Source: the human T2T-CHM13v2.0 reference genome, Homo sapiens. Taken from it: 64,000 nt of DNA. The notes under the pieces are model-generated. The model had not been told where the DNA came from. It saw nothing but the letters and a program-made list of their open reading frames with translations, and made no database searches. The first letter of the stretch is position 1. Each line of letters opens with the position of its first letter. Below, piece by piece: positions 1 through 30,559 of the stretch. The position numbers and the translations under genes are program-made. The stretch lies in the NCBI RefSeq assembly GCF_009914755.1, contig NC_060931.1, one strand, 5' to 3'.

Positions 1-866
<866 letters not shown>

Positions 867-974
867 TAGATAAGGTTTGAAGTATGTCTACACCTGCAAG
901 ACCACCACCACAATCGACATAATGAACATCACCCGATGCTCGTGTTCATCAAAGTCTCTGCTCTCTCTTCCTAT

Positions 975-1345
975 GATCACAGCATGTCACTGTACACTCA
1001 TTTGTTTGCCTTCGTGCTTGTGATGTCTTCCCCATTAAACTGGGTGCCTGGTGAGGACACGGAACACATCTGGTTGGTTCTCCTCTATACCCGCACTATC
1101 TGGCACAAATAGTGATTGGATGGATGGATGGATGGATGAATGAATGGATGAATGAGCAAATGAATGAATGAATGAGCAAATGAATTAAGTCCTCAATGAA
1201 TGAATGAATGAATGAATGAATGGGCAAATGAATTAAATCCTCACTTCCAGACTGACAGCTCCTCCAGGGCAGGGTCCTTGTCCAGGTCATCTCAGTAGCC
1301 TCCCCCACCGTAGAGTGGTCACTCAATGAATGGGGGTTGAATGAT
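975..1345 (+). mobile_element. L2 3'-end fragments with (ATGA/ATGG)n tails
   Basis: TATCTGGCACAAATAG followed by GAAT repeats; second CAGGGTCCTTGTC..CACTCAATGAATG. Confidence 0.6.
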
Positions 1346-2229
1346 TAAGTGGCCCAAGGTGGCCCAGGGCTCACCACTGCAGAAATCAGACCAAAAGAGC
1401 TAGAACCACCCCAGAGAGCCCTTCAGGGGACCTCCAAGATAACACAGGAGGAAGGGTACCACCTTCCTCTCTGCCAGTAGGCCACTGTGCACAGTTGAGA
1501 GTCCAGGCCTCCTGGGGGGACCGGATCATTTCCAGAACAACTGCTATGCACCAGGTGGTGTTTGGGGTAAACGGCATCCCTGCAAGGGATCCTCACCCCC
1601 TTTTCTTCCTTCATTCTCTGCTGGTGTCAATCACAGCTTCTAGCAGAGGGAAGGCAGGCCAGGCTTGGTTTCTTCTTGCGAGAGTATTTAACTCAGGGCC
1701 CTGTAGAACAATGAGAATCTGACCTGCAACTAGCTGGGCGTGCTGGGGCATGCCTGTGTAGTTTCAGCTACTTGGGAGGCTGAGGCAGGAGAATTGCTTG
1801 AGCCCAAAGTTGAGGCTGCAGTGAGCCATGGTTGTGCCATTACACTCCAGCCTGGGCAACACAAGACCCCGTCTCAGAAATAAAAAGAGAACCTGGCCTG
1901 CAGTGCCAGGCAGGCCCTGAGGTCCAGGAGCCTGGGTATCTCCCTCTGCAGCATGGGTCACGAACAAACTGGGCCCTCAGAGGCCACGGGATGGCGCCCA
2001 GTCTCCAGTCACAAGGCAGAATCCAGACCTCAGCCCATAGCTAACCAGAGCTGTCTGCAGGCCAGATATGGCCCCATGGACCCCCTACCCCAACTTGACT
2101 TTGATTCCAGGTCCCCCTCTGTCTGGATGAACAGGTAGGAATTGCGGCCTCTCCTAAGCCTATGGGAGCCTGGGCCAGGCTGACCCTCAAGGCTGACAGC
2201 CACGATCCCATAGGTGAAGGCAAAGGCGT

Positions 2230-2660
2230 GGCAGCTAGGAACACCCACTACACCCCCACTCAAGGGAACACCGTGCCCAGCTACCCTGAGACAGCCCCAC
2301 TCCCAGGAAATGCAGGTGCCAACCAGCCCCAGTGAGGCATGGCACCTGAGCCAGACACCCCCAAATAGTCCCTTCCCACCTCCTCAAGCATCTGCACTCT
2401 GGGTGAACCCAGAAAAACTGGGGTACCTGGGGAGACATAGAAGGGCCAGGCCAGGAACTCCCCAATAAGCAGGAACAGAGACCTGACCCCTGAGCCTCCC
2501 CCACCCTCTAAGGCTGCTCAATGTCAAGGCAGGAGGGATCTCCACACACCTGCACTCTGGGTAAGGACAAGTTGGCCCCCACTGCCCCACCCTTTTGCAG
2601 GGTTCACCCTCCTGCAGGGTTCACCCTCTGCTGCCCCCAACCCAGCCACACCACAAAGTC
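2230..2660 (-). terminator. G-rich Pol II pause/termination region downstream of the ACTB poly(A) site
   Basis: Many C runs on plus (G runs in the nascent RNA); an R-loop-forming pause element is established for ACTB; boundaries approximate. Confidence 0.6.
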
Positions 2661-2690
2661 ACACTTGGCCTCATTTTTAAGGTGTGCACT

Positions 2691-2696
2691 TTTATT
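2691..2696 (-). terminator. ACTB poly(A) signal AATAAA
   Basis: tttatt on plus; cleavage ~2671, followed by GU-rich GTGTGACTTTGTGGTGTGG. Confidence 0.93.
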
Positions 2697-3216
2697 CAAC
2701 TGGTCTCAAGTCAGTGTACAGGTAAGCCCTGGCTGCCTCCACCCACTCCCAGGGAGACCAAAAGCCTTCATACATCTCAAGTTGGGGGACAAAAAAGGGG
2801 GAAGGGGGGGCACGAAGGCTCATCATTCAAAATAAAACAAAATAAAAAAGTATTAAGGCGAAGATTAAAAAAATTTTGCATTACATAATTTACACGAAAG
2901 CAATGCTATCACCTCCCCTGTGTGGACTTGGGAGAGGACTGGGCCATTCTCCTTAGAGAGAAGTGGGGTGGCTTTTAGGATGGCAAGGGACTTCCTGTAA
3001 CAACGCATCTCATATTTGGAATGACTATTAAAAAAACAACAATGTGCAATCAAAGTCCTCGGCCACATTGTGAACTTTGGGGGATGCTCGCTCCAACCGA
3101 CTGCTGTCACCTTCACCGTTCCAGTTTTTAAATCCTGAGTCAAGCCAAAAAAAAAAAAAAAACCAAAACAAAACAAAAAAAACAAATAAAGCCATGCCAA
3201 TCTCATCTTGTTTTCT

Positions 3217-3270
3217 GCGCAAGTTAGGTTTTGTCAAGAAAGGGTGTAACGCAACTAAGTCATAGTCCGC
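3217..3270 (-). promoter_or_regulatory. Beta-actin mRNA zipcode (IGF2BP1/ZBP1 element)
   Basis: 54 nt directly after the stop, with bipartite CGGAC (3265-3269) and ACACCC (3242-3247). Confidence 0.9.
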
Positions 3271-5180
<1,910 letters not shown>

Positions 5181-5259
5181 GGTGAGCTGCGAGAATAGCC
5201 GGGCGCGCTGTGAGCCGAGGTCGCCCCCGCCCTGGCCACTTCCGGCGCGCCGAGTCCTT

Positions 5260-5278
5260 AGGCCGCCAGGGGGCGCCG
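5260..5278 (+). promoter_or_regulatory. CTCF motif in ACTB intron 1
   Basis: AGGCCGCCAGGGGGCGCCG is close to the CTCF consensus; ETS-type CACTTCCGG at 5237-5245. Confidence 0.7.
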
Positions 5279-5327
5279 GCGCGCGCCCAGATTGGGGACA
5301 AAGGAAGCCGGGCCGGCCGCGTTATTA

Positions 5328-5337
5328 CCATAAAAGG
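5328..5337. promoter_or_regulatory. Intron 1 CArG enhancer (SRF site)
   Basis: CCATAAAAGG = CC(A/T)6GG, identical to the promoter CArG; CCAAT at 5291-5295. Confidence 0.88.
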
Positions 5338-5590
5338 CAAACACTGGTCGGAGGCGTCCCCGCGGCGCGCGGCAGGAAGCCAGGCCCCAACCCCCTCCCA
5401 ACCGGGCGCCAGCCCCGCCTCCGCCCGGTTCAAACAGCGCCGGGTCGGCGCGCGCGCACGCAGCGGCCACACCCTCGGGCGGCCAGCGGCTCGGGCAGGA
5501 AGTGCGCGCAAGCGCCCGGGAGCCGCGGCGACCCCACCCCTTCCGGCCGAGCCCGCCTTCGCCCCAGCCCAGGCCGCGGCACCCCGGGCC

Positions 5591-5707
5591 CCAGAACGCA
5601 CGCGCAGTTAGCGCCTTGAGTCCCAGCGCGCACGCGCAATTAGCGCCAATTCCCAGCGCGCACGCAGTTAGCGCCCAAAGGACCAGCGCGCACGCGCAAT
5701 GGCGCCC
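5591..5707. repeat. Four-unit ~30-bp tandem repeat in intron 1 with NRF1-type motifs
   Basis: Units start at 5591, 5623, 5653 and 5683; consensus CCAGCGCGCACGCGCA(A/G)TTAGCGCC. Confidence 0.85.
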
Positions 5708-6046
5708 CAGCCCCCACCGGGCCTGGCGGGGGCTCCGCCGCGCCCACCCTGCGATCCCCATTGGCAAGAGCCCGGCTCAGACAAAGACCCCGCCGGTTGC
5801 CCCCGCCCCGAGAGCGGCACCCCCGGAGCGCGCCTCCCGAGCGCGGCCTCGCGCCTCCGAACTGGCGTGGGGTGTCCCCCATCTCCGGAGGCCCAGGGGC
5901 TTCTCCCGCGCCCCCCACGGCGGTCCGGTTCCCCCCCCATGCGCCCCCCGCTGCGGCCCAGACGGCGGCTCTGCACGGGCGAAGGGGCCGCGGCCGCCTG
6001 CGGCCGGGCCGTGAGCCGCCTGCCCCGGTCGGCTGGCCGGGCTTAC

Positions 6047-6124
6047 CTGGCGGCGGGTGTGGACGGGCGGCGGATCGGCAAAGGCGAGGCTCTGTGCTCG
6101 CGGGGCGGACGCGGTCTCGGCGGT
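6047..6124 (-). other. ACTB: ACTB non-coding exon 1 (5' UTR)
   Basis: Begins ACCGCCGAGACCGCGTCC ~23-29 nt downstream of TATAAAA; donor CAG|GTAAGC; 860-nt intron 1. Confidence 0.93.
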
Positions 6125-6146
6125 GGTGGCGCGTCGCGCCGCTGGG

Positions 6147-6215
6147 TTTTATAGGGCGCCGCCGCGGCCGCTCGAGCCATAAAAGGCAACTTTCGGAACG
6201 GCGCACGCTGATTGG
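6147..6215 (-). promoter_or_regulatory. ACTB core promoter: TATA (6147-6153), CArG (6177-6186), CCAAT (6211-6215)
   Basis: TATAAAA, CCTTTTATGG and CCAATCAG in canonical order. Confidence 0.96.
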
Positions 6216-7548
6216 CCCCGCGCCGCTCACTCACCGGCTTCGCCGCACAGTGCAGCATTTTTTTACCCCCTCTCCCCTCCTTTTGCGAAAAAAAAAAAGA
6301 GCGAGAGCGAGATTGAGGAAGAGGAGGAGGGAGAGTTTTGGCGTTGGCCGCCTTGGGGTGCTGGGCCCGGGGGCTGGGGGCGCGCGCCGTGGCCCCCGCG
6401 CCCCACGCTGGGCAGTGCCCGGTTCGGCCCCGCATGGCCAGGCCTGCCCCCGGCCTGCCCGTCTCTCGGGCCCCCCACCCACCGCGGGACATCCTAGGTG
6501 TGGACATCTCTTGGGCACTGAGCGCCCAGGTGGGGTGGGCCAGGGTCTGCACGGGTGCCAGGGCCCTGGGTTCTGTACGCTCCTGCAGAAGGAGCTCTTG
6601 GAGGGCATGGAGTGGCCAGGCAGTCACTCCCCCTTGCCGACTTCAGAGCAACTGCCCTGAAAGCAGGGCCTGAGGACCTCTGGCTGTGGGGCTCAGCTAG
6701 CTAAATGTGCTGGGTGGGTCACTAGGGAGAGACCTGGGCTTGAGAGGTAGAGTGTGGTGTTGGGGGAGTCAGGTGGCTTGCGGCCACTTAGAAGTCGCAG
6801 GACCACACTCCCCAGGACAGGGCAGGGGCCAGCGGTCCAGTGGCTGGAGGTGGCCCGTGATGAAGGCTACAAACCTACCCAGCCGCAGCCCTGGGAAGGA
6901 AGGTGGGCTCTACAGGGCAGGGCACCTTTTACCCTGGAGCTGCCTGCTTTTGAGGGTAACAGTCACGCCCAGCCAAGACAAGGCCTGGGGCGTTAGTGGG
7001 TGACCTAGGCACTGCGGGGCGGGGGGGCTGGGTCTACACAGCCTGGGTCTGGGCCCACCGTCCGTTGTATGTCTGCTATGCGCAGCCACAGCTGAACTGC
7101 CCTCCCAGACCATCTGGAGGCCGCTGGGGGACTCTGGGGACCAAGACTCCATGTGCCACAGAGGATTGGGGGCGGGGCGGTGCTAGGAACTCAAAGCCAG
7201 CCTGGGAAGACCCTGTCCTTGTCACCCTTTCTTGCCTTGGGTCTGTCCACTGAGTAGCACACAAGACCGGGTGGGCAGGGTCCGTTCTGCTCCGGGAATC
7301 ACAGACTGTGTGTACCCAGGTGGTGGGCATGCAGCGATCAGTGGCGTGGGACCACAGAGGGGCATTCGGCTCAGCCTAGAGGAACCTGCCTTCCTCCTCC
7401 TCCCCCTCCTTGGAGGTGGTGACAAGAAGCTGGATTTTTACACAAAAATAGGAAGAGTGGTGAGGTGGGGGCACCTCAGGCCTGCGGGGCTCTTTGCAGC
7501 GCGTAGTAGGTGTTCACTGAGTGTGTGTCGCAATAGGCAAAGATGAGT

Positions 7549-7558
7549 CCATATAAGG
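7549..7558. promoter_or_regulatory. Upstream (-1.4 kb) CArG box
   Basis: CCATATAAGG, perfect consensus. Confidence 0.75.
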
Positions 7559-8939
7559 ACATGGAACCTGTGGCCAGGAAGGAGGCTGCTTGTTCCAGTT
7601 CACGGTACAAGGCTGTGCTCAGCCAATGGGACCTGCTCCTCCCTTGAAGGTTGCAGAGGCCACAGCCTGGTGGGAAAGATGACCACCACCCAGCACACAG
7701 TGGCAGACACAGGTTCACAGTCCAGAAGACTTGCTGAGCCTCCTCCATCACCACCCCACGCAAGGGCAAACTTCCCCAGCCTGTATACTCCCTGCCTCCT
7801 GGGGATGGGACTGTCCTGTCCCTGGCCTTGTATCTTTCAGCTGCAGGCGTCTTGCCAGCTGCCTCAGGACCTGCCAACGTTCACCCGGCTGGCGTTGTGG
7901 GGCGATGGGCGGGGGGCCCTTCTTGCTGCCTGTTGATGAGGGCTGGTTCTGGGGGTTCGTGGAACGTTGAACTGGGTGGAGTGCTGGGGGGGTGGGGTGG
8001 GCAGTGGGGATGGGACCGGATCTGCAGAGCAGGGATGAGAGGTTGTCAGGTGGGCGGCTCCAGGCAGCAAGGTGGGGTGCAGAGCAGACCTGATCCCCAG
8101 GCAGGACCTGTGTTGCCACTGGGCCTCCATTCAGCTGGCCAAGAGACAGGAGCTCCAGCCCCACCCCGCCCCGGGCTGCAGCATTCCTGGCCTGTCCTCC
8201 TGGCTTGTGGTTCCCTCTGTCTGCAGCGGCCACTTCCTAGTGCTCTCCTATGCACCCTTCAAGTCCCATCCCAGAAAGCCCCTCTTTGGGGAAGCGTTTT
8301 AGCCTCTGCAGCCACGCCTTCCTCCCTACCTCAGACCAAGGCTTGCAGCTGGCATTTAGAACTGGGCCTCAGCCACCAGGCTGCGAGCCCTCCCAGGGTC
8401 TCCGTCACCCCCACTCCTTCCCACTACACCCACCCCAGGGCTCCTCGCTGTTGAATGAGTGACTGCCTGGGTGTCCTCAGGTGGCAGGTTGGAGGTGGCC
8501 GAGCAGCCTGGGGTGAGGGGCAGGGAGGAGCTGAAGAGAGAAAGCAAGCAGCGGAGCAGGAAAAGAGGAAGTAGAGGTGCCTGGCCAGGGGGCGGGCCGA
8601 GCAGGGGAGAAGTGAACAGGTTCTCTTCTGTGCTTGGGAACTTTGCCCTGTAAGGGAGCTTTCGGAGCTGTCACTGGGGCACGCACGCAGCCCCCGGAGA
8701 ACCCTCGGTTGAACTCAGCCAAGGGGACTCCACCTGCCTGGCTGGGACTTTTGTTTTTTCCCCTCCAAGCCTTTGCTTTGGTGACACCCCCACCCTGCAA
8801 GGCCTCCAGGCAACCAACTCTTACAGCGCAGACCCAGGGACCACTCCTTGGCCCTCCCGCAAAACAACCACCCAGCCACCTTGCCCTGGGCACTGCAGCG
8901 CCCTCCCTATCCTGCCAGGAGGGAATCCAACCTCCTTTT

Positions 8940-13844
<4,905 letters not shown>

Positions 13845-14193
13845 TCAGGGAGGGCTCCTCAGAGGAGGTGACCAGCAGAGCCTTGGTCCCCACATACACC
13901 TGGCCTCCAGACATAGCCTGGGGTGGTCACTTGGCTGCCTTCAGTAGCTCTGCCCTGGGCCTCTGCAGCTCCTTGGCAGAGGCACCAGGCTAAGGGGAAT
14001 CCCTGCCCCAGAGGAAGTGGGAACTTCTAACACTTCTTGGGAGAGTTTTAAAAAATCCTTAAAAACTACCCTCTGTCTCCAGCCCGCAGGGTACCCGGAG
14101 AAACCCTTCCAGCCTTCCTAGGGAGTTCCTGGACTTGCTTATTTGATTGAATTATTCAGAAAAAGAAAATGCGGTTTCCTGGGCTTCCCCCTT

Positions 14194-14376
14194 ACACACA
14201 CACACACACACACACACACCACACCACACACACACCCCACACACACACACCCCACACACACCACACACACACACCACACACACCCCACACACACACATCC
14301 CACACACACACCACACACACACACACCACACACACACCCCACACCCACACACCACACACACACCACACACACACAC
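14194..14376. repeat. Imperfect (CA)n/CAC microsatellite, 183 nt
   Basis: Almost exclusively C and A. Confidence 0.95.
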
Positions 14377-14986
14377 TGAACGCTTTTTGCTTTCTCTGGA
14401 CCCATCTGCTGTAGGGCCAGCTCTCCCCCTTCTCCAGATGAGAAAGAGACCACATGTGCAGAGAGGAACTGGATCCTTTGGGGCCTGCAGGCCTAGGCTG
14501 TGGGCGCTTGGAGGGGGAGGCTGCGGGCACCCTCATCCTCCCCGGGACTCACAACCACTCTCCTAGAGGCCAAGGTAGCCCTTGGGACTCAGGACCCTTC
14601 TGGTTGTCCCGAGTGGGGCCTCAGAAGCTGGGTGACAAGTTGGGCCAGGAGAGATGGGGGTCAGTAGCAAGTTCAAGTTCAGGTCAAGTGGGGTTCCCGA
14701 GGCCCTGGCTCTGACACCCTCTTGGGGTGCTGCACAGGCCAAGGGTGGGTCCTTCCCATGCTAAGGACTGTCCCAGGCAGTGGCTTCCCTGCCCTGGGCC
14801 TCTTGCCCTCAGCTGTGAAAAGGGGCAGGGGGTTACCTAGCTCCCAGGTGGCCCCTGAGAGGGGCCAGTGAGGCGGGGTCTGCAGTCCAGGCCCAGGGTC
14901 AGTGCGAGGGACTCGCCCCTTCCTGGCTGGCTGGGCTTATCCCTGACGCTCTCCTGCCTGGCCTGGGACCTCAGAAATGCCCCTTG

Positions 14987-21667
<6,681 letters not shown>

Positions 21668-22316
21668 TCAAGTCTGGCGCAGCCCCAGGAAGCAATCTTG
21701 GGCTGGGCACACCGCATTTCTGTGACATGAAGGCAGCGACACCTCGTCGCTGTCACAGGGTTGCTGGGGTTGGGGGCTAGAGGAGAGGAGGAGCCTCTGT
21801 TGAGGGCTCCAAGAAGGGACAGAGAGGTGGTGCTCATGGGTCCTGGAGACACCTTTTGGGTGGTTCGTGCCCTCCATCCTGGGCCACTTTGGGGAGGTGA
21901 AGGAGGGAAGCATTAAGGGACAAGACCCCCCGTTCCCAATTTCTCTCCGGAGCCAGGGTTTCTCTGATTCGAAGAAACAGGTGTCACAACCCAGGAAGTC
22001 CACTGATGGCATCTGCCCTGGGGCATCAGCATTTAGGGCTGATCACTGAGGTCTGCACCTCCCAAGGCTGCTGTGCCCATTCCTGGGCGCCCCAAAGGGG
22101 AAGAAAAACTCCTGAATGTGCACCGGGACAGGACCCATCCCATGCGGTGACAGAACCTCATGATAGCGCCCGGCGCTCTGGATATTCAAACTGTGGAGCC
22201 CAGCAAGGGAGCGCCGGTGGTCGGGCAGGGTCAGAGGGGTTTTGAGGGTGTGCGATGGCTGCTGTGGTGAGCCACTGGCATGCCTAATACATGCAAGACC
22301 TGTTGCCAGGCCCTGA

Positions 22317-22739
<423 letters not shown>

Positions 22740-23260
22740 TAGTAGAGACGGATCGGGGGTCTGTTGCCCAGGCTAGTGTGGCACTCCTGGGCTCAAGCAG
22801 TCCACCTGCCTTGGCCTCTCAAAGTGCTGAGATTACAGGCATGAATCACCACACCCAGCCTACATCCATCCATCCATCGATCCATTCATCCATCCATCCA
22901 TCCATCCATTTAGACAAAGTCTGGCTCTCTGGCTGTGTTGCCCAGGCTGGAGCGCAGTGGTATGATCTCAGCTCACTGACCTCCTGGGTTTGACCTCAGC
23001 CTTGACCTCCTGGGTTCAAGCAATCTCCCTGCCTCAGCATCCCAAGTCGCTGAGACTACAGGTACACACCACTATGTCTGACTGTTTTATTTTTTGTAAA
23101 GATGGGATCTTGCTGTGTTGTCCAGGCTGGTCTCAGGTGATACTCCAGCCTGGGCCTCCCAAAGTGCTGGGATTACAGGCGTGAGCCACTGTGCCTGGTC
23201 GTCTCTAGTCCTTGGAGCACCAAACTCCTGCCTGCCACAGGGCCTTTGCACTTGCTGTGC

Positions 23261-25287
<2,027 letters not shown>

Positions 25288-25560
25288 AAACTGCAAGTAT
25301 CTGATGTGCCTGGGCTCTTTGGGAAGCGTCTGGAGAGACTTTGGTGGGGAGGTCTGGACTGGACACCATTTCTATCCTGGCCAGTACCCAGCAAAGTAAG
25401 TGAAGAGGCCGGGCGCGGTGGCTCACGCCTGTAATCCCAGCTATTTGGGAGGCTGAGGCAGGAGAATTGCTCCAACCCGGGAGGCCGAGGTTGCAGTGAG
25501 CCAAGTTCGCACTACTGCACTCCAGCACTCCAGCCTGGGCAGCAGAGCAAGACTCTGTCT

Positions 25561-25595
<35 letters not shown>

Positions 25596-25686
25596 TGGGT
25601 GCCGTGGCTCACACCTGTAATCCCACCACTTTGGGAGGCCGAGGCGGGCGGATCACGGGGTCAGGGGATCGAGACCATCCTGGCTA

Positions 25687-25996
<310 letters not shown>

Positions 25997-26935
25997 TTAG
26001 CACTGCCTACCCCTTTCTCTCTGCCCTGATCCATCCCAAGACACAGCGTGGGACAAGAAGTCAGAGGGGACCCTGGGTGCTCGAAGCAATGGACCGGACC
26101 CATTGTACAGATGGGAAGACTGAGGTGGGCAGGGACAGAGCCCACGCTTACACACCTAAGCTCAGCTTGGGTTCTGGAGCCCATGAAGGCAAGAGACAGG
26201 CTCCCCTGGAGTTAGGCTCCACATAGAGGCAAGTTGACTGGGCCAGCTTCTGGGCCCAGCGCTGGGGCACTGGAAGACCTGCCAAAAAACTTAGCAGAAA
26301 GTAGGTACTAGAACTCTGGATCAGGCCTCCCAGCTAACAGCCGCGGGACCTCTGGGCTTCCTTCCCCCAAAGCTGGGGGAAGGTGAGCTTTTCCTCCCCC
26401 TCAGCCCTGGCCCAGAGAAGAAAACAGAGCTTGCAAGGTCACACAGCAAGAATGTGGCACTGGAACTCAGCTAAGAGGTGGGAGAGGGCCTTGGAATCTA
26501 GAGATTAGCCGGTGTCTGGAATGCGTGGGGCAGGAGTGTCCTCAGAGGAGGACCGCAGGGCTGGGCATGGGCTCAGGAGCTTCGGCTTTGTTCCCTAAGG
26601 GCAATGGGGAGCCATGGAGGGTATGAGAGCAGGAGAGAAGCAAAAGATGTTTCAGGAGGTGGCTCTACATTATAAAGGACCCAAGAGGAGTCCAACACAG
26701 ACCCTGTGACCTTGGATTTCAGATTTCTGTCCGCCTCTGGCCAAGTAAAAGTTTGTGTTAGAAGTTGTAATCATGGGCCGGGCGTGGTGGCTCACACCTG
26801 TAATCCCAGTACTTTGGGAGGCCAAGGCATGTGGATCACGAGGTCAAGAGATAGAGACCATCCTGGCCAACTTGGTGAAACCCCGTCTCTACTAAAAATA
26901 CAAAAATTAGCCAGGCATGGTGGCGCATACCTCTA

Positions 26936-27538
<603 letters not shown>

Positions 27539-27961
27539 CTATTTTTATAGAGATGGCTAGGGGGAGTCTCACTATGTTGGCCACGCTGGTCTTGAACTCC
27601 TGGCCCCAAGCAATCCTCCCACCTCAGCCTCCCAAAGTCATCACGTCATTTTATAGCTGCGGGTCCCTGGGCCAGTAGTTGCAGTCGGTGTGTGCAGCTC
27701 CCACGCCTTCCATCAGGGCGTTGCCCACCTGGATGAGGGGAGGTGGTGAGCCCCTGCCTAAGACCCCCTGTCCCCTCTGGCCCAGACATCCTTCAAAGGT
27801 CATCAGGAGCCAGGCCCTGTCCTGCTCTGTCCCTGTCAATTCCCAACAGAGGCACAGGCCCCTGTTTTCTCATCTGTAAAATGGGGTGGGCCGAGCGCAG
27901 TGGCTCATGCCTGTAATCCCAGCTCTTTGGGAGGCTGAGGTGGGTGGATCACTAGAGTTCA

Positions 27962-28305
<344 letters not shown>

Positions 28306-28461
28306 TTAGCTGTCATTACTGCTTACGTGCCCGGGGAGGGAGGAATCAGGAGCCACTGGCCTCTCTGTGGGTTCCAGGGAAGGAGGGCAGGGGAGGTACA
28401 GAGAGAAGGAGCAGAGTGTTCAAGGATCGGATGGAGGCTGAGCTTCCTGGCCATGCCTTAG

Positions 28462-28770
<309 letters not shown>

Positions 28771-29059
28771 TAGCCAGGATGGTCTTGATCTCCTGACCTT
28801 GTGATCCGCCTGTCTCGGCCTCCCAAAGTGGTGGGATTACAGCCACTGTGCCTCGCCTATCTAGGCTTAATCATGACAGCCATCCTTCCCTAAGGGTGCA
28901 CCGGGTGGGGTGCGGGCCCTCTATCTCTGAGCTTTTGCAAGCAGGCCCCCTCTGCCCCCACCTGCCCACTGAACCATCACCCTCAGCCTGGGGGCAGGGA
29001 GCAGATATGTTACTGTCCAGAAATGGAGGCCCGGAGGCTCCCAGAAGAGGGAGGTGTCA

Positions 29060-29539
<480 letters not shown>

Positions 29540-29659
29540 TTAGCCTGATGTGGTGTCAGACGCCTGTAGTCCCAGCTACTCAGGAGGCTAAGGTGGGAAG
29601 ATCACTTGAACCCAGTAGTTTAAGACCAGCCTAGGCAATATAGCGAGACCCCATCTCTA

Positions 29660-29812
<153 letters not shown>

Positions 29813-30310
29813 CTAAAAATTAGCTGGGTGTGGTGGCACTCGCCTGTGGTCCCAGCTACTAGGGAGGCTGAGGTGGGAGGATCATTTGAGCCTGGGAGGT
29901 GAAGGCTACATGAGCCGTGATCAGACCACTGCACTCCAGCCTGGGTGAGAGAGTGAGACCCTGTCTCAAAAGAAGAAAAAAGCAAGAAAAGAAAACCAAT
30001 AAATCACAGCCTGTCAGGCGGCTCATGGGGACCCTCCTTGGGAATATCTAGAACAACATTCCTGGTGTCTGGAGCTGTCTAGTCAGTCCTTACGGCCCAG
30101 CAGCAGGAGATCAGAACTTTTGCCTCATCCAGGGTTAGCCCTGCCGTGTCTGGCCTCAAAGTGCCCATCTGTATAATGGAGCCAACGGCCTCCTAGGGCC
30201 CTAGGTGGACGCTGGACAACCTGGGTGGGGCGGAGCGGGTGGCATTTGGAGCAAGATTTCCCTACTGGGAGTCCCTGGCCCCAGACAAGAGTCCTTCTGG
30301 AGTCCCAGAG

Positions 30311-30311
<1 letters not shown>

Positions 30312-30350
<39 letters not shown>
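30312..30350. repeat. (TG)19 microsatellite
   Basis: Perfect dinucleotide run just before the distal CpG island. Confidence 0.96.
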
Positions 30351-30352
<2 letters not shown>

Positions 30353-30559
30353 ACACAAGTGCACTGGGGGGGGTGCTCGTTCAGAGCTAATTAGAGGTGT
30401 TGGCCCCATCTGCCCCCAAGTCGGTGATCCCTCAGATCTCTCTGCTGCCCGAGAAGAGACTGTTTCGCCCCCTTCCCCAGACGGGCCTTCTGGCATGGTT
30501 GGGGTTCGAACCCGGGGCCAGGGCTAGAGTCTCAGCTTGGGGTGCGGGGGCCGACTCTG

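Larger units (their letters stand above)
2671..3270 (-). other. ACTB: ACTB 3' UTR
   Basis: Runs from the stop codon to ~20 nt past AATAAA; matches the recalled ACTB 3' UTR. Confidence 0.92.

Noticed and set aside
5591-5707. CRISPR-like repeat array
   Set aside because: Eukaryotic intron, spacers of only a few nt, no cas genes; it is a tandem repeat
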